Part shown: piece after piece, positions 1 to 10,475 of the stretch | How the letters are laid out: each line of letters begins with the position of its first letter | How positions within the stretch are numbered: position 1 is the stretch's first letter | From: a virus | Taxonomy: Duplodnaviria; Caudoviricetes | Length of the DNA stretch: 58,387 bases | Virus record (IMG/VR): IMGVR_UViG_3300008122_000003 | Coordinates: 1-58,387 of that record | Strand: one strand, 5' to 3' | Notes under the pieces: generated by a model | The model's database searches: none | Told to the model about the DNA's origin: nothing | What the model saw: the letters and a program-made list of their open reading frames with translations, nothing else | Program-made: the position numbers and the translations under genes

Positions 1-74
1 TGCCATCCCTATCTGTCCCTGCCATCCCTATCTGTCCCTGCCATCCCTATCTGTCCCTGCCATCCCTATCTGTC
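1..74. repeat. 19-bp tandem repeat (TGCCATCCCTATCTGTCCC)n, left contig end, 3 full + 1 partial copy
   Basis: Read directly; same unit as 58260-58387. Confidence 0.97.
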
Positions 75-278
75 GTGCCCTTTGCGGTGCGCTGGCCCGC
101 CGATCCGTTGTGCCTGCTTTACCTGGACAACTGACGTGCATGGATCGCGGGCGCGTATCGGGGTGGCATTGCGTCTGTATGGTGCTGTAACAGCGTTGCG
201 GATCCGCATCAATAGGGGCATAGCTGTGTGATAGTTGCTCTCGTTTGGATGAGTTACGGATTGTTTGTGTTAATGTCT

Positions 279-830
279 GCCTCCCTTGCCTCTCCTGCCT
301 CCGTGTGTCGGGGCGACCGATGAGAAACTACTTATGTATCAAGGGGTTACGGGTCCCTCCCCTGGAAATCCGGATGATGGGAGGGCGAAGACTCGCGGGG
401 TGACACTTGCTACCGGATCCGCCATAGCCCCTCTGCCAGTTTTCGTGCAGATCAGCATTGCGGTGCGCCCGGCCATTGTTGGTTTCTAGGGTCGCCATGG
501 GCATGGAGACTGAGAAAATTGAAGCCTCCACCAAAGCCTCCCTATTAGCCTCCCTATTAAACCAATCTATTATCTATCTAAAGTATTGTTATATAAGGAT
601 ATATTTATAATAGAGAGTGTATTGGAGATATTGGAGGCAGACTATTTGAAGAAAGACTACGGTAGCAGTCTTATTGATAATTATTACTAATTAGGTTGTA
701 GTATAATATTACGGGGGTGTGAACTTTTGTGCCTCCTTGCCTCCATGCACCCCATGAGAAACGCCAAAACCTGTTAAAAAACAGATACTTACGGTGATTT
801 CAAATGGAGGCGTAGAAACTCAGCCTCCAC
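279..830. promoter_or_regulatory. Putative replication origin: GCCTCC/GGAGGC iteron-like hexamers around an AT-rich core (~555-710)
   Basis: GCCTCC at 279, 297, 524, 536, 548, 731, 739, 823; GGAGGC at 633, 806; AT-rich block in a GC-rich genome; upstream of primase. Confidence 0.5.
462..473 (+). other. Candidate cos site (GGTGCGCCCGGC)
   Basis: Resembles the 12-nt cohesive end reported for phage Chi (GGTGCGCAGAGC); lies upstream of the HTH/primase genes as in Chi-like genomes; lambda-type terminase present. Confidence 0.45.
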
Positions 831-1105
831 AAGGCAGTTGACCCGGATTGCAGCTCATGTGCAAAAACACGCTTCCACGTATTCTCATTTGGCGATCTCG
901 GTTGATCGGTTCGGGATAACGGGGCTGTGACGTGCTACAAAATCCTGCAAATCGCAGCAAAACGTCTATCTCAAAAACGAAGCACGTCATCGGCGTGCTT
1001 CAATGTTTTAGGACATAACGTGACACATAACACCCCTTCCAGTTGCCACACCGAAGCGCTTGGTGTACTTTACCAACTCAGACTATCCGCTAAAAAGGCA
1101 AGGTT

Positions 1106-1348
1106 ATGAAAAAAACAGGTGGCCGACTCGTGTCTGCCGTGGAGATTTGCGAAACGATAGGGATCAGCCGGCAGACGTTGCACGCTTGGCGGAATGGGCA
1201 AGTGCCAAACCTGCCGACGTTCCCCGAGCCGATCAAACTCGGCTGCAGGGTCATTCGCTGGTATGAGGTCGATATCGTGGAGTGGGCACGGAAGGCCGGT
1301 TTTGATTGGATGCGCGCAAGAAAACAACCTGAAAAAAAGGGCCTCTGA
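1106..1348 (+). CDS. AlpA/excisionase-like helix-turn-helix DNA-binding protein
   Basis: EICETIGISRQTLHAW...FPEPIKLG...RW pattern typical of the AlpA family. Confidence 0.8.
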   Translation: MKKTGGRLVSAVEICETIGISRQTLHAWRNGQVPNLPTFPEPIKLGCRVIRWYEVDIVEWARKAGFDWMRARKQPEKKGL

Positions 1349-1453
1349 GAAAAACTCGAGGCCCGCTAAAACACACATGTGGCATGCACGGAGTCGATAG
1401 TAGCCCTGATAGGGCTGGTCGGCAACTGCGCATACTCCACGCTGGAGACACAG

Positions 1454-3883
1454 ATGGCGAACAATTTCAAAGAGTATGGGAAAACCCTGATAGAAAACGG
1501 GTTCAACATCCTCCCGATAGTCCCCCACGACGCCAAAGACCATTCCAGTCCCGGTAAAGCACCCGCACTGAAAGGCTGGCAGGAACATACCGCAACGGCC
1601 GACGACATCACCAAGTGGGCACGGTCACGCCAGCACTGCGGAATAGGGATAAACACGACACGCACACCTGCGGTTGATATCGATGTCCTGGACAGCGAGC
1701 TCTCTGACCAGATGGCGGAGTTCGTTATTGATCTGCTTGGCCAAGCGCCGCTGCGGATCGGACGTGCCCCGAAGAAGCTACTGGTCTACCGGGCCGAAAA
1801 ACCCTTTGCAAAGGTGAAATCTCACACTTGGATCAACGACGAAGGCGAGCGATGTGCTGTGGAGATCTTGGGCCACGGTCAGCAATTCGTGGCCTTTGGC
1901 ATCCACCCCGGTACCGGACAGCCCTTCACGTGGCCAACAGGGGATAACCCGCTTAACAACGACGCCAATTTCGACCTCAACGAGATAGACCTGCCAGCGG
2001 CCCGTGCCATTTGCGACGAGTTTGACGCTCAGGCCAAGGCTCGCGGCTGGGAGAAAGACCAGAAGGCCTCGCCGACACGCGGCCATGTGATCGGCAAGAA
2101 GCCGGAAAAGATGGTGGCGGACGCTGATTTTGGCGAGGACGCGGACCTTGTTGATGATTTGAGGGACACTTGGGACGGAACGGTCGAGGAATTGGCCGGA
2201 TTTCTTGACAAACTGCCCGCTGAGACCGAATACGGCAGGTGGGTCGCCGTTCTGGCAGCCCTGAAGGACGGGGAGAGAGAACCCGACGAGTTCAAGGAAC
2301 TGGCCCGCGAGTGGTCGTCCAAGGCCCCCAATTTCGATGAAGATTCGTTCGAGGATAAGTGGGAAAACGGCAATTTCGGCCGCTTGTCCTTGGACAAAGA
2401 CACGCCGGTGTCGAAGATCAACGACATCCGGAAGTGGGTCAAGTGGGCGCAGGATGACCAGAAAGCCCTTGAGAAGGTGATCCCGGGGCTTAACCGCGCC
2501 GAGACCCGAGCAACATGGGATGTGTGGCGCAAACGGCTCGGCAAACTGACTCTTAGCCCGTCCGTGGATGCTCAGGCGAAAGAAGCGGTGAACGCGGCAT
2601 GGGAACGCGTCAAGACAGAAGGGATCAACCTCTCCGAGTCCATCAACAAACTGGGGTTCCCCCACTTGTCGGACCGTGGCGGCCCCCTGAACACCGTCGA
2701 TAACCTCGGCTATCTGCTCTCGGAGTACGGGATCACTTGTCGATACGACGAAATCCGCAAGGAGCAGCGCATATCAGGGATCGGCAAGGATTTCAGCATG
2801 GACAACCGGGCCAACTGTGAGCTCTACGCAGTGGAGTCGCTGTGCAGCCTCAACACGTTGTCCACCGCGTCCACCGATAAGTTCTTGCGCACCATCGCCG
2901 ACCAGAACAGATACAACCCTGTGGAAGAATGGGTGATGAGCAAGCCCTGGGACGGGCGTTCCCGGCTCAAGGATCTGTATCGAACGGTGGAGAGCCCGAT
3001 GGACCTCCGGTTGAAAGAGACGTTGATCAGACGGTGGCTGGTGTCCGCGGTGGCCATGGGCATCGACGGCGGCAGCTCTCGCCGGCAAGCCCGCGGCGTC
3101 CTGGTGTTTGTCGGCGGCCAGTACATGGGTAAGACGCGCTGGGCCCTCCGGCTCGGGCCAGATGACCAGAACCTGGTGATGGAGGGCGTGGCGGTTGACC
3201 CTGACAACAAGGACACGGTGATCAACGCGCTCACCCACTGGATCTGTGAGCTGGGCGAACTGGATGCGACGTTCCGCAAGTCGGATATCGCCCGAATGAA
3301 GGCGTTTGTATCCCAGGGAACCGACAAGGTGCGAATGCCCTATGACCGCCGAGCGTCGGAATACGCCCGCCGCACGGTATTCTTCGCATCGGTGAACGAG
3401 CACAACTTCCTAGTGGACGAGACCGGCAACACGCGCTGGTGGACGATCCCGGTAACGGCGGTCAACCACGACCACGACATCGACATGCAGCAGCTGTGGG
3501 CGGAGGTCTACGCATTGTATCGCCGCGGCGAGCAGTGGTGGCTCACGGCCGAGGAAAACAAGGCGCTCATCGAGCACAACCGGGATCACGAGAATACTGA
3601 CCCGATCGAAGAGGCGATCCTTGACGATTTTGACTGGACCAGAACAGGTAAGAACGACGAAAAGGTGCGCATGACGGCCACCGAGGTGTTGAAGGTGATC
3701 GGCTACAAGAACCCGAGCAAGATGATGGCCCGAACGGTATCGAACATTCTACGGAGACTTGTCGGCGATCCGCGCAAGACCCACGGCGGGCGGCGAGTCT
3801 TCGACATGCCACCGCTATCAGGCAGCGCACCTGCAGGTTTCGACGACACCGGAATGCACGATGATGATGACGATGAGCTATAG
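1454..3883 (+). CDS. DNA primase/helicase (prim-pol N-terminus, PriCT-2, VirE-like helicase)
   Basis: GKAP..GW and DID prim-pol motifs; W..V..ALK PriCT-2; Walker A GGQYMGKT; RMPYDR, TGNTRWW VirE motifs; RBS GGAG before ATG 1454. Confidence 0.9.
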   Translation: MANNFKEYGKTLIENGFNILPIVPHDAKDHSSPGKAPALKGWQEHTATADDITKWARSRQHCGIGINTTRTPAVDIDVLDSELSDQMAEFVIDLLGQAPLRIGRAPKKLLVYRAEKPFAKVKSHTWINDEGERCAVEILGHGQQFVAFGIHPGTGQPFTWPTGDNPLNNDANFDLNEIDLPAARAICDEFDAQAKARGWEKDQKASPTRGHVIGKKPEKMVADADFGEDADLVDDLRDTWDGTVEELAGFLDKLPAETEYGRWVAVLAALKDGEREPDEFKELAREWSSKAPNFDEDSFEDKWENGNFGRLSLDKDTPVSKINDIRKWVKWAQDDQKALEKVIPGLNRAETRATWDVWRKRLGKLTLSPSVDAQAKEAVNAAWERVKTEGINLSESINKLGFPHLSDRGGPLNTVDNLGYLLSEYGITCRYDEIRKEQRISGIGKDFSMDNRANCELYAVESLCSLNTLSTASTDKFLRTIADQNRYNPVEEWVMSKPWDGRSRLKDLYRTVESPMDLRLKETLIRRWLVSAVAMGIDGGSSRRQARGVLVFVGGQYMGKTRWALRLGPDDQNLVMEGVAVDPDNKDTVINALTHWICELGELDATFRKSDIARMKAFVSQGTDKVRMPYDRRASEYARRTVFFASVNEHNFLVDETGNTRWWTIPVTAVNHDHDIDMQQLWAEVYALYRRGEQWWLTAEENKALIEHNRDHENTDPIEEAILDDFDWTRTGKNDEKVRMTATEVLKVIGYKNPSKMMARTVSNILRRLVGDPRKTHGGRRVFDMPPLSGSAPAGFDDTGMHDDDDDEL

Positions 3884-3913
3884 CAAAATACGTCAAATAT
3901 CGTAAAACAGAGG

Positions 3914-3942
3914 TTGACAGGTGCGTGCACCGAGCGTATCTT
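3914..3942 (+). promoter_or_regulatory. Sigma70-type promoter TTGACA-N17-TATCTT
   Basis: Consensus -35, 17-bp spacer, same -10 as other phage promoters. Confidence 0.75.
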
Positions 3943-3994
3943 CAACCTCGTCAAGTCAAGACATGAACCAACCTAACCAAATACGGAGATTGCC

Positions 3995-4405
3995 ATGAGC
4001 ATCCAAGTTACTTTCACCACCGAACAATTCGAAAAGAACGCAGCCACCATCCTGGCCATGTTGAAAGGCGGTTCCGCCGCCACCGAGACCAAGACCGTTG
4101 CCAAGGAAGAAGAGCCTGCAGCGACCACCACTCGCAAGACCACCACTCGCAAGACCACGGCCAAGACAGCCCCCAAAGAAGAGCCGAAGGTGAGCCTGCA
4201 GGAAGCCAAGGACGCGCTGATCGCCGTCAAGGATGACGAGAGCCTCGGTATCGCCGAAGCCCGCCGCATCATGAAGGAAGCCGGTGTGCCGGAAACCAAG
4301 ATGGCAAACCTTGCCCAGGAACACGCCGAGAAAGTGCTTGAACTGGCGAAAATGCTGCTGGAAGGCGCGGGCAATGACGACGAGGAAGATGAAGAAGACC
4401 TGTAA
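3995..4405 (+). CDS. Hypothetical replication-module protein (acidic C-tail)
   Basis: RBS GGAG, conserved position before DUF2800 gene, internal 15-bp repeat encoding TTTRK. Confidence 0.75.
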   Translation: MSIQVTFTTEQFEKNAATILAMLKGGSAATETKTVAKEEEPAATTTRKTTTRKTTAKTAPKEEPKVSLQEAKDALIAVKDDESLGIAEARRIMKEAGVPETKMANLAQEHAEKVLELAKMLLEGAGNDDEEDEEDL

Positions 4406-5769
4406 TGACGGTCGCACCTCGCATCCGTAAGTCTGGCCGAAAGGCCAGACTTATCACAAACAAGACCGCCTTGGCCAAACTGGCTGAGGAAATAAACAAA
4501 TCAGGGCACTCAGTATTTTCACCGTCCGGTTCAGCAATGTGGCTTCACTGCGCCGGAAGCCTTATCGCGAACATGATGGAGGAGGACCGAACCTCACCAG
4601 AAGCCGCAGAAGGCACTGTGGCGCATTTCGTCGCAGAGACATGGCTGAGGTCAGGTCGGAAGCCGAAAGAGCTCATAGGCACCGTACAGGTCGTCGAGGA
4701 GCGAGGTTTAAGGTTCGAAATACCGGTCACCCAAGTCATGATGGACTATGTCCAAGAGTACGTTGACTGGTGCATGTTCGAACCCGGTGAGCATTACACC
4801 GAAACGCGGGTGTTCTTCAGCGAGCTGACACCGCTCCCTAACCAGTCAGGAACGGCAGACCACGCAGCGTGCCAACCCGGCAAACTGGTGATCACCGACC
4901 TGAAGTATGGGAAAGGTATCCAGGTGTTCGCGGAAGGGAACACACAGGCGCAGATTTATGCCCTTGGGTTCTTCCTGAAGTATGACCATCTCTACCACTT
5001 CGAAGTGATCGAGATGCGGATTGCCCAGCCACGGCTCGGACATTTCGACAGCTGGACGATCAGCCGGGCTGAATTACTGGAGTTCGCTGATTACCTCAAG
5101 GAACGGGCCACTGCCGCATGGCAACCCAATGCCCCAAGGAGCCCCTGCGAGAAGGCGTGCCAGTGGTGCAAGGTCAAGTCGGATTGCGTCGCCCTGGCGA
5201 GACTGCAGCACGCTCTCATCGAGGGCAACTTCAAGGACATTGGCCGGGAATACACAGGCGAAGAGCTTGAGGAGTTCGCAGACTGGATCGGACGCGGCAA
5301 ATACAGAGTGAGGCCCGCAGACGTGAGCAGATTTACAACAGAGCAACTGGCCAAGCTGCGGCCATATCGCCGACTGGTGGAGTCATGGTGGCGCACCATG
5401 GATGAGAACTTGGAGCGCAGAGCCCTGGAAGGCGAGAAAGTCCCTAACATGAAACTGGTTGAGGCCCGCACCAACCGCGAATACGTGGACGAGGCTAAAG
5501 CCGCAGACCTGTTAATCATGTACGGATTGGAAGAAACACAGATCTACACCCGCAAGCTCTTGTCGCCAACACAGGCAGAAGATGCGCTGCGGAACGAGCT
5601 CAAAGTACCGAAGAAGGTAGCCCACGAGGCCCTGGAGCGGTATGTGAGAAAACCGGCAGGGAAACCAACATTGGTGCCCATGTCGGACAAGCGCCCCGAG
5701 TTGGAGTCGTATGAAGAGGACCTCTGGGATGATGAGGGGATGTTCGACGATGAAGACGACGAGCTGTAA
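4405..5769 (+). CDS. DUF2800 Cas4-like PD-(D/E)XK exonuclease
   Basis: HSVFSPSG..W..C, GT.AH, GTAD, DLKYGKG, Q..IYALG, C.WC motifs. Confidence 0.88.
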   Translation: MTVAPRIRKSGRKARLITNKTALAKLAEEINKSGHSVFSPSGSAMWLHCAGSLIANMMEEDRTSPEAAEGTVAHFVAETWLRSGRKPKELIGTVQVVEERGLRFEIPVTQVMMDYVQEYVDWCMFEPGEHYTETRVFFSELTPLPNQSGTADHAACQPGKLVITDLKYGKGIQVFAEGNTQAQIYALGFFLKYDHLYHFEVIEMRIAQPRLGHFDSWTISRAELLEFADYLKERATAAWQPNAPRSPCEKACQWCKVKSDCVALARLQHALIEGNFKDIGREYTGEELEEFADWIGRGKYRVRPADVSRFTTEQLAKLRPYRRLVESWWRTMDENLERRALEGEKVPNMKLVEARTNREYVDEAKAADLLIMYGLEETQIYTRKLLSPTQAEDALRNELKVPKKVAHEALERYVRKPAGKPTLVPMSDKRPELESYEEDLWDDEGMFDDEDDEL

Positions 5770-5811
5770 TCAGTAAATCGACTAAACCGATAAGACGGTA
5801 AGGAATGTGAA

Positions 5812-6456
5812 ATGGCAAAAGGTCCCGCGATTATCCGCAAACTTAAAAACGGCTCTGAAGTGATCGGTGCTCTCTACGAGGGCGGCATCATCAAGATCCT
5901 GAACGTCCGCGCAAGCTACCCGCACCTGGACAAGCCTTACGCTGGCGATGACGGTGGTGAGCCGAAGTTCTCCATCCTCGGATTGGCAGATAAGGCTACC
6001 CACGAAGCGGTCAAGGAAGCCTGTGTTGAGGTGATTGATGGCCTCAAGAAGGCCAACAAGAATGCGAAAGTGGCCAAGGACAAGCTGTTCATCAAAAACG
6101 GTGACGACAGCGACAAGGAAGAGTGCGAGGGGATGTGGACACTCTCGGCCCGTGAGACAAAGCGTCCGAAGGTTCGCGATGGCAACGGTGACCTGCTTGA
6201 AGTGGACGAGATCGCCGACGTGATCTACCCGGGTTGCTACGTCGATATCATCATTCGCCCGTGGTTTCAGGATAATAGCTATGGGAAGCGCGTGAATGCG
6301 AACTTGCTGTCTGTCAAGTTCCGCGCGGACGGCGAGCAGTTCGGTGAAGGCCGTATCGACGATGACGACCTGTGGGATGAAGACGACGAGGCGCCGAAAT
6401 CAGGCGGCAAGAAGTCCAAACCCTCCGATGACGATGATGATGATGACGACCTGTAA
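5812..6456 (+). CDS. DUF2815 single-stranded DNA-binding protein
   Basis: NVRASYPHL, IYPGCY, DGEQFG motifs; acidic tail; between nuclease and polymerase. Confidence 0.85.
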   Translation: MAKGPAIIRKLKNGSEVIGALYEGGIIKILNVRASYPHLDKPYAGDDGGEPKFSILGLADKATHEAVKEACVEVIDGLKKANKNAKVAKDKLFIKNGDDSDKEECEGMWTLSARETKRPKVRDGNGDLLEVDEIADVIYPGCYVDIIIRPWFQDNSYGKRVNANLLSVKFRADGEQFGEGRIDDDDLWDEDDEAPKSGGKKSKPSDDDDDDDDL

Positions 6457-6474
6457 TCAACGTTAACCGTCGCC

Positions 6475-6500
6475 AAGCCCACCTAAGACGTGGGCTTTTT
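6475..6500 (+). terminator. Rho-independent terminator
   Basis: AAGCCCAC...GTGGGCTT stem plus T-run. Confidence 0.7.
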
Positions 6501-6516
6501 CGTCAAAGGAGCCAAA

Positions 6517-8613
6517 ATGTCAGACTTCATCAACCTCGACTTCGAATCCCGTTCGGAGATCGACCTCAAAAAATACGGCCTTGACCGCTATTCAGCCGAT
6601 CGGTCCACCGAGATCATCATGTCCGCATGGTCTGTCAACGGCGGCCGTGTCCAATACTGGGACATTACCGACAGCAAACGCCCACCAGCCGAGCTACGAG
6701 AAGCCTTGGCGGATCCGGACGTCATGAAGTGGGCTTTCAACGCAGGTTTCGAGCGCATCATGACGCTGCGCCGCTGGGGTATCGAGACGCCATACGAGAG
6801 CTGGCGCTGCACCATGATCTTGGCATACATGATGGGCTTCTCAGGGGACCTCGCTACGATCGGCAAGGCGATGGGCCTGCCGCAGGACAAGCTGAAACTG
6901 GATGAGGGCAAGAAGCTGATCCAGATGTTCTGCAAGCCAAAGAAACCGACAAAGAACCAGCCTTACCGCTGGTTGGATGCATTGACCAACCCGGAAGAGT
7001 GGGGCAGCTTCGGCGGATACAACCGGCAGGACGTTGTTTCAGAGATGGCCATCAAGGCGAAGCTGGACAGCGACAAATACCCGATCCCAGAGCGCGAGTG
7101 GCACATGTACGCCATCGACCAGCGCATCAATGACCGGGGTGTGCAGATCGACACGCACTTCGCCAAGCAGGCGCTCACCCTGGCGGAACGACGCAAGCCG
7201 GCTATCATCTCCCAGATGAAGCGGATCACCGGCTGTGCGAACCCGGGGTCAACCCCGCAGTTGCTCCCATGGTTGCAGGCCAACGGCTACCCGTTCCAAG
7301 ACCTGCGGGCGGACACCGTGAAGAAGGTGATCCGTGAGGCCGATCATAACGGCATCGAGCCGGTCGCGGTAAACGTGCTGCGCATGCGCCAGAACTCCAA
7401 CAAGAGCAGCTTGGCCAAATACCAGACCATGCTGGATGCCTCCGGTGAAGACGGCCGGTTCCGCTTCTCCCTGCAGTTCCACGGCGCATCACGCACAGGC
7501 CGCTGGGCTGGTCGCCGGATCCAGACACAGAACCTGCCACGCACGCCGAAGGCCTTGGAAGAAGTCACCCCACTCAGCTGGGCCAACGAGATGATCCGCG
7601 CAGGAGACCTGTCAGGCCTCGACCTGCTGAACGGCGAGCCAATGGATACATTGGTCGGATGCATCCGATCGGCGTTTGTACCCGGCCCTGGCAAAAAGTT
7701 TGTGGTGTGCGACCTGTCTTCCATCGAATCTGTAGTTATCGGCTGGGTGACTAACTGCAAGTGGTTCATGGACACCCTGGCCGCAGGCCACGACATATAC
7801 CGAGCGTTCGCCGGCGAGTGGTTACACCTGCCATACGAAGAGACCAAGCCACACCGCGGCAAGGCAAAACCGGCGACCCTCGGCGCTGGATTTCGCCTAG
7901 GCGGTGGTGACCTACTGGAGGACGGCAAGAAGACCGGCCTGTGGGCCTACGGCGAGAACATGGGCGTGTTCATGACCAAGGAGGAGGCGCACTCATCGGT
8001 GCAGGCCTTCCGTGAGTTGTGCCCCGAGATCGTGCAGACATGGTATGCGCTTGAGAACGCAGTAAAACGCTGCTTGAGCACCAAACAGGATGTGAAAGTT
8101 GTCCGACGCTGCGACGACGGCCCAGACTACGAGCTGCCCCTGGTAATCGAGTTCCGCAAACCATTCCTCTGCATCAAGCTGCCGTCAGGGCGCCGACTCT
8201 ACTATTTCGACCCGAAGATGGAGCAGCGCACCATGAAGGGCAAAGACGGAGAGGAGTATACCAAGGCGAACTTCAGCTACATGTCGAAGCCGATGCAAGG
8301 GAGCGGCTGGGTCCGGGTTTACTCCCACGGTGGCAAACTGGTGGAGAACATTGTTCAGGCGGTGGCCCGGGATGTACTGGCGATCGGCATGTCTCGCGTC
8401 GATAAACACGGCCTCACGCACGAGCATCTTCCGTGGGACATTGAGACAGTCATGCACATCCACGATGAACTGGTGAACGAGGTGGACGAAGACGCAGATG
8501 ACGATCAGGCCCTGGCCTTCGTCCACCGTTGCATGACAGCGGATATCAGCTGGGCCCCCGGGTTACCCCTCGGCGCAGCGGGCTTTGTTCATGATTGCTA
8601 CCGGAAGGATTGA
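6517..8613 (+). CDS. Family A DNA polymerase
   Basis: N-terminal exonuclease DFE motif, RTGRWAG, DLSSIE (motif A), R..AK (motif B), HIHDE (motif C). Confidence 0.93.
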   Translation: MSDFINLDFESRSEIDLKKYGLDRYSADRSTEIIMSAWSVNGGRVQYWDITDSKRPPAELREALADPDVMKWAFNAGFERIMTLRRWGIETPYESWRCTMILAYMMGFSGDLATIGKAMGLPQDKLKLDEGKKLIQMFCKPKKPTKNQPYRWLDALTNPEEWGSFGGYNRQDVVSEMAIKAKLDSDKYPIPEREWHMYAIDQRINDRGVQIDTHFAKQALTLAERRKPAIISQMKRITGCANPGSTPQLLPWLQANGYPFQDLRADTVKKVIREADHNGIEPVAVNVLRMRQNSNKSSLAKYQTMLDASGEDGRFRFSLQFHGASRTGRWAGRRIQTQNLPRTPKALEEVTPLSWANEMIRAGDLSGLDLLNGEPMDTLVGCIRSAFVPGPGKKFVVCDLSSIESVVIGWVTNCKWFMDTLAAGHDIYRAFAGEWLHLPYEETKPHRGKAKPATLGAGFRLGGGDLLEDGKKTGLWAYGENMGVFMTKEEAHSSVQAFRELCPEIVQTWYALENAVKRCLSTKQDVKVVRRCDDGPDYELPLVIEFRKPFLCIKLPSGRRLYYFDPKMEQRTMKGKDGEEYTKANFSYMSKPMQGSGWVRVYSHGGKLVENIVQAVARDVLAIGMSRVDKHGLTHEHLPWDIETVMHIHDELVNEVDEDADDDQALAFVHRCMTADISWAPGLPLGAAGFVHDCYRKD

Positions 8614-8615
8614 TC

Positions 8616-8903
8616 ATGCCGAAACCACCGGTTATCCGAGAGTCGAAGGTCGAGAAGGATATCAGGGAGTGGGCAGAGGCCACCGGATGGTGGGTGGCCA
8701 AGTTCACATCCCCAGGAAAACGGGCGGTACCAGACCGCCTGTTTATCCGCGACGGGGTTCACCTGTTCGGGGAGATCAAGCGCCCCGGCGAGTTGCCCAC
8801 AGCGCAGCAAGCCCTCCGGCACAAAGAGATGCGAGCGCACGGCGCTATAGTTCGAGTATGGGACAATGTCAATGACGCGAAATCAGATCTGGACTTCTTT
8901 TGA
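8616..8903 (+). CDS. VRR-NUC domain nuclease
   Basis: ES.VE, KFTSPG...VPDRL, EIKRPG, Q motifs. Confidence 0.88.
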   Translation: MPKPPVIRESKVEKDIREWAEATGWWVAKFTSPGKRAVPDRLFIRDGVHLFGEIKRPGELPTAQQALRHKEMRAHGAIVRVWDNVNDAKSDLDFF

Positions 8904-10362
8904 TAAGTGGCGGGCATCCCGCCGCAAAAACATCGAGCGTGTCGAGAGTGACATGCACGTTTACCAGCACACGGCACTGCAGTTCATCCGGGATAACCCG
9001 TTCTGCGCCCTGTTCGTTGACCTGGGCCTCGGCAAGACGGTCACCGCCATGACGGCGGCGGCCGAGTTCTTGATGAACGGCGAGGTCAACAAGGTGCTGA
9101 TCATCGCCCCGCTGAAAGTGGCCAACAAGACCTGGCCGGACGAGTTCAGTGTGTGGGAGCACACCTGCTGCTTGAACTACCAGGTGCTGACAGGAGATGC
9201 CAAGACGCGGGCGCAGGCCATTAAGTCCAAGGCGTCCATCCACATTATCAACCGTGAGAACGTGGAGTGGCTGGTGGACCAGTGGCGCACCAAATGGCCC
9301 TACGACATGGTGATCATCGATGAGAGCTCGGCGTTCAAGGACCACACCACCAAGCGGTTCAAGGCGCTGAAGAACGTCCGCAAATACATGAAGCGCATGG
9401 TTCAACTGACAGCCACGCCGGCGGCGGAGTCCTATCTGCACCTGTTCGCCCAGATCTACCTGCTCGACCAGGGTGAACGCCTCGGCAAGACAGTAACCAG
9501 CTACCGTGAGAAGTATTTCACACAGAACCGCTGGTCGATGAAGTGGGACCTGCGCCCCGGTGCCAAGGAAGAGATCACGTCCAAGATCCAGGACATCTGC
9601 CTTGTCATAAAGGCGGAAGACTACCTGGACATGAAACAGCCGCAACACATCGAAAGTCCGGTCTATCTCTCAGATGCGGAGATGAGCCGCTACAATGCGA
9701 TGGAAGAGGACTTCCTGACAGAGGTCATGCAGGAGGACGGTGAGTCCCTGATCATCGAGGCGAAGACGGCGGCCACACTGGCCAGCAAGCTGCTGCAGAT
9801 GGCGTCCGGGTTCATCTATCACTCGGAGCGAGAGCTGGTGAACGGCAAACCCAAGCTAAACCGAACGGCCCACCCGCTGCACGACCACAAGATGGACGCC
9901 CTGGAGGCCCTGCTGGAGCAGCTGGATGGGGAGAACGTGATGATCGTCTATCACTTCAAGCCGACGCTAGCACGCCTACTGGCCAAGTTCCCCGATGCGG
10001 TCGCCATGGACAAGTCCGGCAATGCCGTGACACCATGGAACAAAGGCAAAATCAAGAAGTTGTTGGTCCACCCGATGTCAGCCGGCCACGGGTTAAACCT
10101 GCAGAAAGGCGGCCGAGTGATGATCTTCTACGACATCCCATGGAGCCTGGAGACCTACCAGCAGGTGATCGGCCGCTTGCACCGTCAGGGGCAGACTAGG
10201 CAGGTGCTGCTTTACCATCTCGTGGCGAAAGGCACGGCCGACGAGAAAGAGGTGGTCCGACTTAAAGAAAAACGAGACACACAAGAGTGGCTGTTCCAGC
10301 GGCTCAAACGCCTCGCCAACAAACGCCGGAAAGAACGAGAAGCGATGGAGGACATGCTGTGA
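8866..10362 (+). CDS. SNF2-family helicase
   Basis: DLGLGKT, IIDES, TATP, GHGLNLQ, Q.IGRLHRQGQ; start could be 8872. Confidence 0.92.
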   Translation: MSMTRNQIWTSFDKWRASRRKNIERVESDMHVYQHTALQFIRDNPFCALFVDLGLGKTVTAMTAAAEFLMNGEVNKVLIIAPLKVANKTWPDEFSVWEHTCCLNYQVLTGDAKTRAQAIKSKASIHIINRENVEWLVDQWRTKWPYDMVIIDESSAFKDHTTKRFKALKNVRKYMKRMVQLTATPAAESYLHLFAQIYLLDQGERLGKTVTSYREKYFTQNRWSMKWDLRPGAKEEITSKIQDICLVIKAEDYLDMKQPQHIESPVYLSDAEMSRYNAMEEDFLTEVMQEDGESLIIEAKTAATLASKLLQMASGFIYHSERELVNGKPKLNRTAHPLHDHKMDALEALLEQLDGENVMIVYHFKPTLARLLAKFPDAVAMDKSGNAVTPWNKGKIKKLLVHPMSAGHGLNLQKGGRVMIFYDIPWSLETYQQVIGRLHRQGQTRQVLLYHLVAKGTADEKEVVRLKEKRDTQEWLFQRLKRLANKRRKEREAMEDML

Positions 10363-10475
10363 GTGCGAGCAAATGGTGCGAAGAGAAGAGAGATAAGGCC
10401 AAAGACGGAGCAGAGGCTTGGAACTACCAGCAACTGGCTGACTTCTGGAAGCAGCGGGAGCAGAACGATGGCTAA
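10359..10475 (+). CDS. Small hypothetical protein (38 aa, MSASKWCEEK...)
   Basis: GTG overlaps helicase stop with GGAGG upstream; stop overlaps terS start. Confidence 0.6.
   Translation: MSASKWCEEKRDKAKDGAEAWNYQQLADFWKQREQNDG

Noticed and set aside
286-1109. Short ORFs in the left-end region
   Set aside because: No RBS or motifs; they overlap the candidate cos/origin signals
1106-1348. Excisionase implying a temperate lifestyle
   Set aside because: No integrase, CI-like repressor or partition genes recognised
4405-5769. Cas4 as evidence of a CRISPR system
   Set aside because: DUF2800 nucleases are routine members of this replication module
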